NCBI GenBank assembly: GCA_965205605.1 | Contig: CBDBHE010000007.1 | Location: 256,001-320,000 of the forward strand | DNA from: Spirochaetota bacterium | Lineage (GTDB): Bacteria > Spirochaetota > UBA12135 > COTS27 > CBDBHE01 | DNA length: 64,000 nt | Direction of reading: 5' to 3' | Part shown: positions 22,601 to 32,144 of the stretch, one piece after another | Numbering within the stretch: position 1 is the stretch's first letter | Layout of the letters: the number at the start of each line of letters is the position of its first letter | Program-made: the position numbers and the translations under genes | The notes under the pieces: model-generated | What the model saw: the letters and a program-made list of their open reading frames with translations, nothing else | The model's database searches: none | Told to the model about the DNA's origin: nothing

Positions 22601-22962
22601 CTAGCAATCAAAATATCATTACAAGCGTCAATCGAGCCTGTACCCTGATGGTCAAGAAAAAAGATAAAGCATTGACTCTATGCTTATCAGACCCCGACCT
22701 AAACATCTATGATGGCCAAGAAGATCTAATGCCTAATGGAAATAGAAAAGAGTTATCTCTATACGAAAGAGAGTGGTTTTTTTGGCCCAGCCGAAAAAGA
22801 AATCTAAAAATTAAATTAAAAGGACTTTGGAAAATAAATAAAAAAGAAAATCCATCGATTCAAATCCAATCTTCAAATAAAGAAACGATCCTTTTTACGA
22901 TGACAAAAAATGGAAAAACAATCGTCATTAATTTAAAAAAAAAAAATAATAAGCTGAGGTGA
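19663..22962 (+). CDS. Chondroitin ABC lyase-like polysaccharide lyase (PL8); true start probably about 19723
   Basis: Lyase-N domain SLKWDW/NFTGWR, DGSFFHH....GY, WPGTTT, FVGG, KKSWF, DPDLNIY. Confidence 0.88.
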   Translation: MKIAKNIQALNVVCIKKKCHMTLRFLIIELFFLTAFLTAQQPISPKVSPMESFEDGVPPDIEVLHGKISITKDKFKHSNHSLKWDWKGNDKLILKREIYYTPRQVMKTVRVNDKRYKLLEKPRGFFMWIYNSHASPQRLRFQFGKDSKVDCEFDYNINFTGWRTVYIIYDFGDMRGRAQENMNRLTILAPNIGKGTFYIDMLGTSLPMNERNNAANAQLPKIDHHPRLVTQYAQRLLEWSYYRPTFPLKAVSRQDKKDFRSMEEKADRMLLGIKIKKISEKKYSQIINRFNSFKIKRANEETENIKRIDGISVVKGGLAGEYFKGGVWDHSKGFTNKINYDKASLTKNIIGLRQYGDFLNQIAVSYRMIENAQQKKTLASIYIDMWKHMIEQGFDVGTRLGWAHHYPYVIRGIYRSTFLMRDVLWQDNFMETIIPIMKWNYGFGRVYNEEVVYGVKGRKSVDADTAMITPSRLLTALLQKDTPEKKRDLKHFTSYISHINLAYANGLDETFKADGSFFHHAHMAMGYGGRAIEGSAKVIDILANTQYKITKPALDRFKKALKTWTMMWSYGLNGRTSKTEDDTRFDTKTLPRNQVYQLATIALADKKSIDKELAGIFLNQISRYDKPTDMEKYYVDLLKRKGYTNLMAYHKARVLPYGARFVKKNGNQWSLHIRTHSKYTYPFESWTPDRFSFPLYIANGYMEVAYKHDSDSINRNLVSVQSRRTAPWGEGYHWRNWPGTTTVKLPYHKMVTTPIEVRSEGGEYLFSDKAFVGGVETPWNDGLYTFDFRGHHKYGLESFTGKKSWFIFNDLVICLGSDITSKTSEAVETTLAQTRLLSSKEKIYINSDTPSTDFPIYIKDLENNSFFIDPRGTGYYIPSGKGISLRKSIQNTPNFVNKTNAEGTFLTVIKHHGITPKKASYHYAMQIDTDSHKMNQFATAMLSPKPIYSVLQNDEKAHIVKYHPSNITSYVIFNKNGISSSNQNIITSVNRACTLMVKKKDKALTLCLSDPDLNIYDGQEDLMPNGNRKELSLYEREWFFWPSRKRNLKIKLKGLWKINKKENPSIQIQSSNKETILFTMTKNGKTIVINLKKKNNKLR

Positions 22963-23481
22963 AAAAAGTGCTTACATTCCTTTGAGGATTGAGTCCAAAC
23001 CCTAAATAAAGACAACAAAGCAACATAGTATCGCCATCTTAATGATTGACTCAATCATTAGCATTGATGACCTTTGGATGGATGATACCACTCCTTTTCC
23101 CTTGTCGAATGTCACATAAGCCTTAATGTCTGTCAAAACATTTACTTCCTATATTCATCGCAAAGGCGTAGGTGATTAAAAAAAATACATTTCTTGGGGA
23201 GCTAATAATCGTATCTTCGGAATTGATAAGCGTAAAATATTCCCCACACACAATAAATCTCTTGGCAATTTATTAGGGGTAATGATAAGAGCATTTTCTT
23301 GATTAATTTTGACAGTACTCTCTTCAGGGTAAGGGGAGTTAAAAAAATTAAGGACTCCTTCTAAATCACCCACCTATTTTAAATATTTTTTAAAAAAAAT
23401 TATCTTATAAAAGAAATTAAACTTCTAAAATTTTTAAAAAAATTATAGTATTAAGATAAAAATAAAAAAAAGGTTTAAAAA

Positions 23482-25476
23482 ATGATGCAAAAAAAAAAAA
23501 TTACTTTATTAGTAGCGATTATTTTATTAATATCGGTTGTTTTTATCATCTCAAAAAATAACTTTAAAAAACAAGGGCCTGTTGCCCTAACTGAAAAAAG
23601 CCCAAAAAGAGAAAAACGAATTCAATGGTGGCGAGAGGCCCGATTTGGTATGATGGTTCACTGGGGGCTGTACGCCATCCCAGGGGGGATCTGGAAAGGA
23701 AAATCTTATGATAAAAAATATGCCGAATGGATTATGAATACCGCCAAAGTCCCCAAAGCAGAATATGAAACCTTAGCCAAAAAGTTTAACCCAACTAACT
23801 TTAACGCCAATGAATGGATGGGCCTTGCTAAAGAAGCAGGGATGCGATACCTTGTTTTTACAAGTAAACACCATGATGGGTTTGCTCTTTATGATTCAAA
23901 AGTCAGTGATTATGATGTGATTGACCGGACTCCTTTTAAACGTGATATTTATGGGGAGCTGGCAAAAGCTTGTGAAAAACATGGGATTGCTTTAGGAGCT
24001 TATTACTCTCATGTGGCTGACTGGCATTTTAATGACAGTGATGATTGGTATTTTATTGACAACCCTGATGAAAAACAACCTCTCGTCAATGACAGGCTCT
24101 ATGCCAAACGCTATGCACATGAAGGCCTTTCTAAAAAACAAAAAAAAGAAGATTGGTATCAAGTGTATGGAGATTATATGGAACGAAAAGCCTTCCCTCA
24201 AATCAAAGAAATCTTGACCCAATACCCAAGCACTAAAATCATATGGTTTGATTTGGGATTTAAACTTCTTAGAAAAAACATCGATCACCGTGAGTATGGA
24301 AGGGAAACTCTTTTATTAAGCAGGAAACTAAATCCAAACGTTATTATTAACGGACGTGTGAGTCTTCCAGAGTTAAAGTATGGAGATTATACGGGACTAG
24401 GTGACAATGAAGTCGTTGATTTTCTCCGCTTACCTACCTCTGATTTTGAAGTCATTATGACTATTCCTCTAAAAACTTGGGGATACAGAAAAAACCCCAA
24501 AAGCTTTAGAAGCCCTCAGCTTATTATCAAACGCTTAAGTGCCACCGTTTCTAAAGGAGGTAACTTTATGCTTAATATCGGTCCAAAACCCGATGGCAGC
24601 TTTGATGACGTTTCTAAATCAACTCTAAAAACCATCGGAAAATGGATGCACGTTAATGGTGAAGCAATTCACAAAACTAAAAAGTCACTCCTTCCTATAC
24701 AAGCTTGGGGTTACACCACTCAAAAAGAAAAAACCCTTTACTTACATATCCACTCCTGGCCTAAAAACGAAGCCCTCTTTATTGCAGGCCTTTCTTCCCC
24801 TATCAAAAAAGCAACTATTCTCGGTCACGGTGATCTTCCAATCCAAACTCAAAATCCAACTAAGCACGACACCCTTCTCTCTATTCCCAAGCAAAGCCCT
24901 TTTGAAGACTTCTCCCTACCGATTATCAAACTTTCTTTTAATAAAGAGCCAAAAATTAATCCTTCCATTGTCATCCATCCAAATAAAACCACTCATATTG
25001 GTATCGACAACAATACCCTCTTAAGTGATGAATCCATGTTTAGCTTTAAAAGAGGTCAAATCTTAAAAACAAAATGGACCAAAGCCAATCAAAGCATTAC
25101 CTGGAAAATCCGTCCTTTACAATCAGCTTCCTATGAAGTCGTGCTAAACTACTGGGCAAATGGGGGAACTGAAGGGGGACTAAGTGCACAAGGAAATAAG
25201 TATCAATTAACCCTTGGTAAACATTCCTTTACTCAAAGCGTTCAAGTCAAAAAAAATCCTAAGGCTAAAGACTTCACTAAAAAAGAGATTGAATTTTTTA
25301 AAAGCGAGTTTAAATTAGATGAAAAAACGTATCAAAATATTCAACAATCTCTGGGTCAAGTCGACTTGGCTCAAGCGACCACTAACCTTACTCTTACCCT
25401 AAAACCTCTCTCCATCAAAAAAGGCACTGCTTTAATGAAGTTTGTCTCTATTTCCTTCATCCCCAAAAAAAATTGA
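23482..25476 (+). CDS. Alpha-L-fucosidase (GH29)
   Basis: WWREARFGM.VHWG, KHHDGF, IWFD, KGGNFMLNIGP, NGEAI. Confidence 0.96.
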   Translation: MMQKKKITLLVAIILLISVVFIISKNNFKKQGPVALTEKSPKREKRIQWWREARFGMMVHWGLYAIPGGIWKGKSYDKKYAEWIMNTAKVPKAEYETLAKKFNPTNFNANEWMGLAKEAGMRYLVFTSKHHDGFALYDSKVSDYDVIDRTPFKRDIYGELAKACEKHGIALGAYYSHVADWHFNDSDDWYFIDNPDEKQPLVNDRLYAKRYAHEGLSKKQKKEDWYQVYGDYMERKAFPQIKEILTQYPSTKIIWFDLGFKLLRKNIDHREYGRETLLLSRKLNPNVIINGRVSLPELKYGDYTGLGDNEVVDFLRLPTSDFEVIMTIPLKTWGYRKNPKSFRSPQLIIKRLSATVSKGGNFMLNIGPKPDGSFDDVSKSTLKTIGKWMHVNGEAIHKTKKSLLPIQAWGYTTQKEKTLYLHIHSWPKNEALFIAGLSSPIKKATILGHGDLPIQTQNPTKHDTLLSIPKQSPFEDFSLPIIKLSFNKEPKINPSIVIHPNKTTHIGIDNNTLLSDESMFSFKRGQILKTKWTKANQSITWKIRPLQSASYEVVLNYWANGGTEGGLSAQGNKYQLTLGKHSFTQSVQVKKNPKAKDFTKKEIEFFKSEFKLDEKTYQNIQQSLGQVDLAQATTNLTLTLKPLSIKKGTALMKFVSISFIPKKN

Positions 25477-25538
25477 TTTCTCACTTCTAATTTCTAATTT
25501 CTAATTTCTAATTTCTTAAGAGTTTGTTTCCCAGGCTC

Positions 25539-26330
25539 TTAAGGAGTGAGTCTTTCAAACTCTTTTCTACGGACAACCCCTCGCTTGCTTTGCTGACAAA
25601 ACATCACAATTTCTTTCGCTAAAGGATTTTTTTCTTGTTTAAGAAAGTGCAAAGCTTCTTTTAAATCTGCCACGGCTCTTAAGGTTTGATACGCTTTTTT
25701 AATCGTGTTTCGCTCTTGTAAAGAAAAGTGGTTTCTTCTAAGACCAATGGTATTAATGCCTTTTAAAAAAGGACCGCTAATGAGAGAAAACGGCAACACA
25801 TCTTGGACTACTTTTGACAAAGCCCCTACCATCGCATACCGACCCACACGCACATGCTGGTGAAGAGCAGATAGCGCAGAAAGCACCGCTCCTTCCCCTA
25901 TGGTAGAAAAACCACCTGCCAAAAACCCATTGGTTAAAATGACTCTATTTTCAACCTTCACATCGTGACCCAAATGACTGCAAGCCATTAAATAATTATC
26001 ATTTCCTAAAATCGTATTTTTCCCCTCAACAGTTGCTCGGTGAATCGTCACACCCTCTCTAATCACATTCCGGTCCCCTAAAACAACCCCTGAAGGTGTT
26101 TTTGAATCAAACTTAAGGTCTTGACCTTCTCCCCCTATAATGCTTTTTTCTCCAATAACATTATTTTCTCCTATTTGAGTGCCTTTTTTCAAGTGACTAT
26201 GAGCTTGTAAATGAGTCCCTTTTTTAACCTGGACCCCTTCTTCAACAATCACATACGGCTCAACTTTTACGCCTTGTAAATCCGCCTTGGCATCAATGAC
26301 CGCTGTGGGATGAATCTTATTTTCCATCAA
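25539..26330 (-). CDS. lpxA: UDP-N-acetylglucosamine O-acyltransferase
   Basis: IHPTAVID, hexapeptide repeats, QDLKF, IREGVTIHR, HLGHD, QDV.PF. Confidence 0.95.
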   Translation of the reverse strand: MMENKIHPTAVIDAKADLQGVKVEPYVIVEEGVQVKKGTHLQAHSHLKKGTQIGENNVIGEKSIIGGEGQDLKFDSKTPSGVVLGDRNVIREGVTIHRATVEGKNTILGNDNYLMACSHLGHDVKVENRVILTNGFLAGGFSTIGEGAVLSALSALHQHVRVGRYAMVGALSKVVQDVLPFSLISGPFLKGINTIGLRRNHFSLQERNTIKKAYQTLRAVADLKEALHFLKQEKNPLAKEIVMFCQQSKRGVVRRKEFERLTP

Positions 26331-27486
26331 TACCCCCCTCCTCGTCTAAAAAATCAAGTTTGTTTTTAAGTTGCTGGACCCAAACTCGACTCCTAGCTTG
26401 ATACGCACTGCCTTTATAACTTTCAATAAGAAGGCTAAAAGATTTGTAAGCTTGTAAGAGTTGCCCTAATTTTTCTTGTGAAAGTGCTTTCTGATATAAA
26501 GCTCGATCATTAAACTTGCTCGATCCAATAAGAGAGACTTTACGATAAGCCTTAATGGCTTTTTTGTATTGTCTTTGGCGAAAATAACACTCCCCTATTT
26601 TGAACATCGCCTCTGCATGTAAACGATCTCCTTTAAAATAAATCGTGATTTTAGTGTAATACTCTTTAGCACTTGAATATCGTTTCTTGTAATAGTTTTG
26701 ATTGGCCCAAAAATAAACTTGTTTTAAAAAAGTTTCTTTCACTTTCTTTGAATGAATACTCATAGGTAAATACCGAATAAAATCTTCATACACTCTAAAC
26801 GCTTGCGGGTATTCACCTAGTTTAATGTGCACACGAGCCTTACCAAGATAAGAAAGCTCCCCTGAAGACTTTAAAAAAAACACCATCGCTTGCTTAAATT
26901 GATTTAAAAAAAGATACTGATACCCTAAAAGAACACTTACTCTAGAAGCCAATCCATCTCCCTTAACCACATGTAAGATCTCTTCTAAACGCCTTGCTAT
27001 AAAAGGATCATATTGATCATACCACCGACAAATCTCTGCATAATCAAGAATCGCTTTGTAATAATAATCCCGATGTTTCACCGCTTTACTATCATAATAA
27101 CCCATCAAATCAGTAAAATGTTGCTTTGCCATCTCATGGCTTCTATAGTAGCGTTCCTTGGAAAAATCCCCTAGACGAAAGCTCGTATACTCACCCCTTT
27201 TCATTAAAGACGACCCTAAATAATACAAAATCTCTATCTTTTTTTCTTGCTTTTTTTTGTTATCTTTTTGAAAAGATAAATATTCATTAAACCCAGCAAT
27301 CGCCTTATCATAATGACCCACTTGATAATTCATCTTAGCCTTAACAAAAGTCCTCTCGTCAATTTTTTTAACAGAAACAACATGACTGGGCATCTGAGTA
27401 TAAAATAACAGCCCAATATTCACCAATAAAAAACTGAGGGCTAAAAACGCTAAAACTCCAATAAAAATAAGTGCTTTTTTCATCAA
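26317..27486 (-). CDS. Membrane-anchored TPR protein
   Basis: Repeated TPR helices (AMFKIGECYF, ALYQKA). Confidence 0.85.
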   Translation of the reverse strand: MMKKALIFIGVLAFLALSFLLVNIGLLFYTQMPSHVVSVKKIDERTFVKAKMNYQVGHYDKAIAGFNEYLSFQKDNKKKQEKKIEILYYLGSSLMKRGEYTSFRLGDFSKERYYRSHEMAKQHFTDLMGYYDSKAVKHRDYYYKAILDYAEICRWYDQYDPFIARRLEEILHVVKGDGLASRVSVLLGYQYLFLNQFKQAMVFFLKSSGELSYLGKARVHIKLGEYPQAFRVYEDFIRYLPMSIHSKKVKETFLKQVYFWANQNYYKKRYSSAKEYYTKITIYFKGDRLHAEAMFKIGECYFRQRQYKKAIKAYRKVSLIGSSKFNDRALYQKALSQEKLGQLLQAYKSFSLLIESYKGSAYQARSRVWVQQLKNKLDFLDEEGGIDGK

Positions 27487-27496
27487 CTTTAGCCTC

Positions 27497-29311
27497 TCAA
27501 ATCACAAGCCTTAACCAAAAAAGCCCTAGCTCCCGATCAACTTTTTTAAGCAATTTAAAATAAAATAACGCTTTTTTTTTATCCCCAAGCTCAAGCTTAG
27601 TCCTACCCAAATATAAATAAGCATATTTTTTCTCATTCATTCTCTTTGCTTTGCCTTCTTTTAAAAAAGTTTCCAATGCATTCTCCGCTAAATAATATTT
27701 TCCTTTATAAAAGTATCGACTAATAATCTTTTTTAAATCACTTAACAAGTGTTTCTTCTCTTTTTTTTCCTCTACTTTCTTTTTAGGGATTTCTTTCTCT
27801 ACAACAATGTTAAACTCACCAATCTCCACTAGCTTTGGACTGACATTTTCTGCTAGGATTAAAGGCACTGGAAACCACTTGGTTTGCTCGATTGGCTTTG
27901 ATGGGTTTGGGTTTAAAAGTTGTAGTAAAACAACGTACTGATAAAAAGCGTTTTCTTTTAATTTTTGATCATAAAAAGTATAAGTATCCCTTGTTTGATA
28001 TCTCTTCAAATTGGTTTGAATGATGGGTTTTTGCTTGACTAAATCCTCTATGATAAACGTTTTGGGCTCTAGTTTTCCTTCAAAGCGATAAATAAGCACC
28101 TCTAAAGGAGGCGTCTTTCCTTTGTCAAGTGACCACTGTAGCTCAACGACTTTTTTATCTTCTAAAAAAATAGCCTTTAATCCTCGTGCCATTGGGTATT
28201 TAATCAATGCCTTTTGAGTGTGATTTCTGCCCAAAGAAAAAGTATCTAAATAAGTCTTCGACCCCTTAAGCTTTACACCAATCGCATAATAATTCGGTTT
28301 TAAGACATCAATGTTGGTGTGCAAAAATGCCTTCTGCTTTGAATCAATGCTAGTGAGTCGTTTGGCTTTTTTTAAAAACTGAGTAGAAACAATCGGCTCA
28401 GTAGACCCATACAAGCTAGCTTCAAAAGTATCGTTTAGATTTTCTTCTTCCCAAGAAACGATGATATTAAAATACCCTTTATCAAACTCCCCTTTAAGAC
28501 CATCAAAGGCAACTTGTCGTTTTTTAATAAGCGCTTTACTATCAATAGGTGCTTTACCATAAATGGGTGCTTTACTATAAGAATTCTCTCCAAAAGAGCT
28601 TTCAAAAAGTTTGCCATTCTTCTCTGCAACAATAGCATAATACGTCGGCTCATTATCTTCCAGCTGATCAACATACGCCATCTCACCTCTTTTCACCCTT
28701 GCCACTTGCTTCGCTGCTCCCTTCACTAAATCTAGTGTCTCTAAAAGGCGATTTGCCTTGTAAATAAGGTAACTAACCCCTTCCTTGTCTTTAATGTCAA
28801 TCCAATGAAGATCAATTTTTAAGTCGTCTTCTTTAGTAGGCCTCGCTCTTACTAAGCGTATCGTTTCTCCTCGATATTCGTTTTTGTTAATCACCCCAAA
28901 ATCGTCTGTTATGTTGTGTCCATCAATGAAAATTCTTTTCTCTGCTTTATCAATAACAGCAAATACCCCATAATAATACTTTCCTTTTTTAGCAAGAAAA
29001 TCTTCATATCTCATCACTCCAGCAGAAACAGTGTCTAAGTATTCCGCTTTGCTTAAAGCAGCCTTACTATCAATTTTCGATCGGTGACGATAGATATAAT
29101 ACGACACTTCCCGACCCCCTCTCTCTTTAATATCTAACCACCTCAGGGTCGTTTTCCCCTCTTCTTTTAACTCAGTGAAGAGCAATAAGACGGCTTCAAG
29201 TAAATCATTTTGATTTACTTTTGGAGAACTTTTGATGGATCGTTCCTGAGCCCAAAGCCCACCCACATGGATTAACCAAAGACATAATCCTAAAAAAAAA
29301 ACTCTTTTCAT
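27497..29311 (-). CDS. Exported protein with four Fn3-like repeats and C-terminal TPR
   Basis: Repeated L.W...Y.IY...Y.D...YY.I units. Confidence 0.6.
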   Translation of the reverse strand: MKRVFFLGLCLWLIHVGGLWAQERSIKSSPKVNQNDLLEAVLLLFTELKEEGKTTLRWLDIKERGGREVSYYIYRHRSKIDSKAALSKAEYLDTVSAGVMRYEDFLAKKGKYYYGVFAVIDKAEKRIFIDGHNITDDFGVINKNEYRGETIRLVRARPTKEDDLKIDLHWIDIKDKEGVSYLIYKANRLLETLDLVKGAAKQVARVKRGEMAYVDQLEDNEPTYYAIVAEKNGKLFESSFGENSYSKAPIYGKAPIDSKALIKKRQVAFDGLKGEFDKGYFNIIVSWEEENLNDTFEASLYGSTEPIVSTQFLKKAKRLTSIDSKQKAFLHTNIDVLKPNYYAIGVKLKGSKTYLDTFSLGRNHTQKALIKYPMARGLKAIFLEDKKVVELQWSLDKGKTPPLEVLIYRFEGKLEPKTFIIEDLVKQKPIIQTNLKRYQTRDTYTFYDQKLKENAFYQYVVLLQLLNPNPSKPIEQTKWFPVPLILAENVSPKLVEIGEFNIVVEKEIPKKKVEEKKEKKHLLSDLKKIISRYFYKGKYYLAENALETFLKEGKAKRMNEKKYAYLYLGRTKLELGDKKKALFYFKLLKKVDRELGLFWLRLVI

Positions 29312-29385
29312 TATCTCTATATTCGGTTTATATCGGTCAAACTTATAGAAAAATAGTCAAAAAGAAGCTTTTTATACGGGTAATT

Positions 29386-30501
29386 TTAAAATAAAACCCT
29401 TCTTGTCCCTAAAAGAAGGGCTACTTTAAAATTAATCTTAATATTTTCATTCATAGACGTCACAACAGGAGGAATGAGGTCTTCTGTATAAATCTTGATA
29501 TAGCCACCTGCGGTACGAATCAAATAAAGATGTTTTTCTTCTAAAACTAACGGCTCCCCAGCTTGATACCCTAAATCAGGGGGTAAAATCGCTTGATAAA
29601 AATCACTCCTATACCCTAAATCTTGTAAAGCCCCATCACTGCTAGTAGGAGAGATGATTAATAATCGTAGCTCGCCTTCAAAAGAACTGATGTAAAACGC
29701 TAAAGGTGAAGGACTACTAAGAGGATTGTTCCCCATGTTAAACACCTCTACCATGCCAGAGGAATTAATACGTAGTCCTCCAAGAGAGCTACTGGCAAAA
29801 TAATTAACCACTTCCAAAGACCATTCTGCTCTCATATTAAAAGAAAGCGTTTTAGATATTTTAGATTGTATCCAACCATTATTCCTTTGTATCCGAGCGT
29901 AAAGAGCTTGAATGCCAAAACATGCCGCCCCTATTTTATAATCTTCATTCAAATTAAGACCCATCCTTTGAGAATGCGTTAATGTTTGAAATCCAGAAGA
30001 TGAAAAACTGGGGCGAGTCGTATTGGTCAAAAAAAAATCCATTTCATCTAAGCTTTCAAATCCTCCAATATCTTGATTTTCTACACTCTCTAAGGCATCA
30101 TTAACTTCCCCTAAAAAAATATTATAATTAGAAAAATCAGAATCATTGACGTACGAGCGAATCTTAAGCTCAATTTTATTACTAACAATACGCAACTCAT
30201 CTAAAAGAGGTCTAGGATACAAAATCACTTGAGTCGTTTCATTTGGGTCTGCAATTTGGCAACCTGTGTGGTAAAAAACACTCCCCCATAAAAAAAAGCT
30301 CCTTAAAAAACGTCTTTTATAACAACAATCGACTATCTTTTTGATAATAAAAATCATACTTGATTTGACCCCCGTTAAGATCACGTACATACAAAAGCCC
30401 AAAATTACTCCCCTCTTTAAAAAAATAAACAGACCCTTCACTAATAGGCTGCGAAAACACACTGTACCCTTCTTCAGGGGCCTCTTTAATATAAAAGTCA
30501 T
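29386..30501 (-). CDS. Hypothetical lipoprotein; true start probably downstream (about 30357 or later)
   Basis: Possible lipobox HTGC; C-terminus (QDLGY..DFY....P..GY) resembles the adjacent gene; ORF start overlaps the neighbour. Confidence 0.55.
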   Translation of the reverse strand: MTFILKRPLKKGTVCFRSLLVKGLFIFLKRGVILGFCMYVILTGVKSSMIFIIKKIVDCCYKRRFLRSFFLWGSVFYHTGCQIADPNETTQVILYPRPLLDELRIVSNKIELKIRSYVNDSDFSNYNIFLGEVNDALESVENQDIGGFESLDEMDFFLTNTTRPSFSSSGFQTLTHSQRMGLNLNEDYKIGAACFGIQALYARIQRNNGWIQSKISKTLSFNMRAEWSLEVVNYFASSSLGGLRINSSGMVEVFNMGNNPLSSPSPLAFYISSFEGELRLLIISPTSSDGALQDLGYRSDFYQAILPPDLGYQAGEPLVLEEKHLYLIRTAGGYIKIYTEDLIPPVVTSMNENIKINFKVALLLGTRRVLF

Positions 30502-31150
30502 CTTCCTTAAATCCAGCCGGCTGTATCAAGGACCCGTTTGTCGGATTAATCCTAAGAGTAGGAGTAGGGTTTAAAATAAAATGAATCGTCTCATGACTTA
30601 TCACCCCAGTGCCAAGTCCCCTAGAAATATCTCGTTCTTTTTTTGATGGCCTCACTTCGATAACCACATTATGATAATCCCCTTCCCGACTCGTTTTACC
30701 GTTAAAAGGCCTCACAATAAAAAAATAACTTTCATACAAATTAATCTGTTTAATTTCAAACTCATCCCCTTTAACATACCGAAATCGACTGATACTTACC
30801 TCCGTAATCACTTCTCCACTAGAATGACTCGTCGGGGAGCCTTCAACTGTTGGCAAACCACTCCCAACATATAGCTTTTGCCTCAGTATCTGCGAACGAC
30901 TAGATGTCAAACCATAATAAAGATTGTACCCATTAAAAAACGAATAATCTTCTTTAGAATAAAGCCCTCTTATCGTAAAAGTAATCTTTCTATTTTCAGT
31001 CCTAGCTTCAATTTCATACGGAGCTGGCAATAGATCATTAAGCCCTATGATCTCAGGCACTCCACAACTTAGTAGAGCGAAAAGACTAACCATCAAAGAA
31101 AAAAAAAAAAAGGTCTTGATGTTTAAAAAAAAATTAATGGGCATACTCAA
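30317..31150 (-). CDS. Hypothetical lipoprotein
   Basis: Lipobox LLSC, FNGYNLYY, QPAGF..DFY...P..GY. Confidence 0.65.
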   Translation of the reverse strand: MSMPINFFLNIKTFFFFSLMVSLFALLSCGVPEIIGLNDLLPAPYEIEARTENRKITFTIRGLYSKEDYSFFNGYNLYYGLTSSRSQILRQKLYVGSGLPTVEGSPTSHSSGEVITEVSISRFRYVKGDEFEIKQINLYESYFFIVRPFNGKTSREGDYHNVVIEVRPSKKERDISRGLGTGVISHETIHFILNPTPTLRINPTNGSLIQPAGFKEDDFYIKEAPEEGYSVFSQPISEGSVYFFKEGSNFGLLYVRDLNGGQIKYDFYYQKDSRLLL

Positions 31151-32144
31151 AAATTAACTTTTCTAAAAACAATTTCCCAATTTGATTGTCTTTTCTTTTG
31201 TCAACTGACAAGTGCGTTAAAGAAGTCGTTTTTAAAACTTTTTCAAAATCAGTCATTTTTTCCATTAAAGCATACAGTGTCTTTAAAGTAAATCGATTGG
31301 ATCTTTGTCGAAGATTTCCTTTGGCTTTGGGATGAAAGACTTTGATTTTAGTAAAAATCACTTCTTGGGTCAATCCTTGATTTTGAAGTTCTTTATAATG
31401 GAGCAGTTTAGCGACTTCGTGAGCGAGGAGGGCTTGAAGGGAAATAAAGTCAAAGTCTTTTTGCTTAAAAAATTGTAAAAAAGCTTTTAAAGCAAGCTTG
31501 CGATTACAAGAAAGGGTAGCATTAATAAACTCAAAAATACTCCCTGAGTGCTCTTCGACTAAAAGAGGCTTTATTTGCTCAAGTTCGAGTGCTTCATTTT
31601 CTTTTTGATCTTCAAAAAACAAAAAAATCTTTTCAAGTTCATTTTCAAGACGATTGGGGGTTTCAAAAAAAAGATCACTGACAAACCCAATTGATTCTTT
31701 TGATAGCCTGATATCGTGCTCTTTTAACGCCTCCGTAACCCTTTCTTTAATCTTAAATGGAGAAGGTCTTACAAGACGAAACACCTTCACCTCTTCACTG
31801 TTTTTTACAAAATCTTCTATTTCTTTAGAAAAGCTTTCAAGCCCTTCTTTTAAAAAAACAAGGGTACAATTTGAAAAACTCGCTTTTATCAAATCCAAAA
31901 CCCATCTTTCTTTGCCCAACTTATTATAATTTTCAATCAAGTACATTTGCTCTTCTGCTGTCGCTAAAAGTGGCATCGACACTGACTCTAATAACCATGA
32001 AAAACTGACTTCATCTCCATAAAAATATTGCTTCTTTATCTTTGTTTTTTTTCCAACCAACCCTTCAATTTCTTCTAAGGTTTTTCTTTTTTCATAGCGA
32101 TAAGCACTTCCATGAATAAAAAAAAATCGCTTGTTCACTTTCAT
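31134..32144 (-). CDS. holA: DNA polymerase III delta subunit
   Basis: SMPLL, LENELEKI, SIFEFINA; directly downstream of an lptE-like gene. Confidence 0.8.
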   Translation of the reverse strand: MKVNKRFFFIHGSAYRYEKRKTLEEIEGLVGKKTKIKKQYFYGDEVSFSWLLESVSMPLLATAEEQMYLIENYNKLGKERWVLDLIKASFSNCTLVFLKEGLESFSKEIEDFVKNSEEVKVFRLVRPSPFKIKERVTEALKEHDIRLSKESIGFVSDLFFETPNRLENELEKIFLFFEDQKENEALELEQIKPLLVEEHSGSIFEFINATLSCNRKLALKAFLQFFKQKDFDFISLQALLAHEVAKLLHYKELQNQGLTQEVIFTKIKVFHPKAKGNLRQRSNRFTLKTLYALMEKMTDFEKVLKTTSLTHLSVDKRKDNQIGKLFLEKLIFEYAH

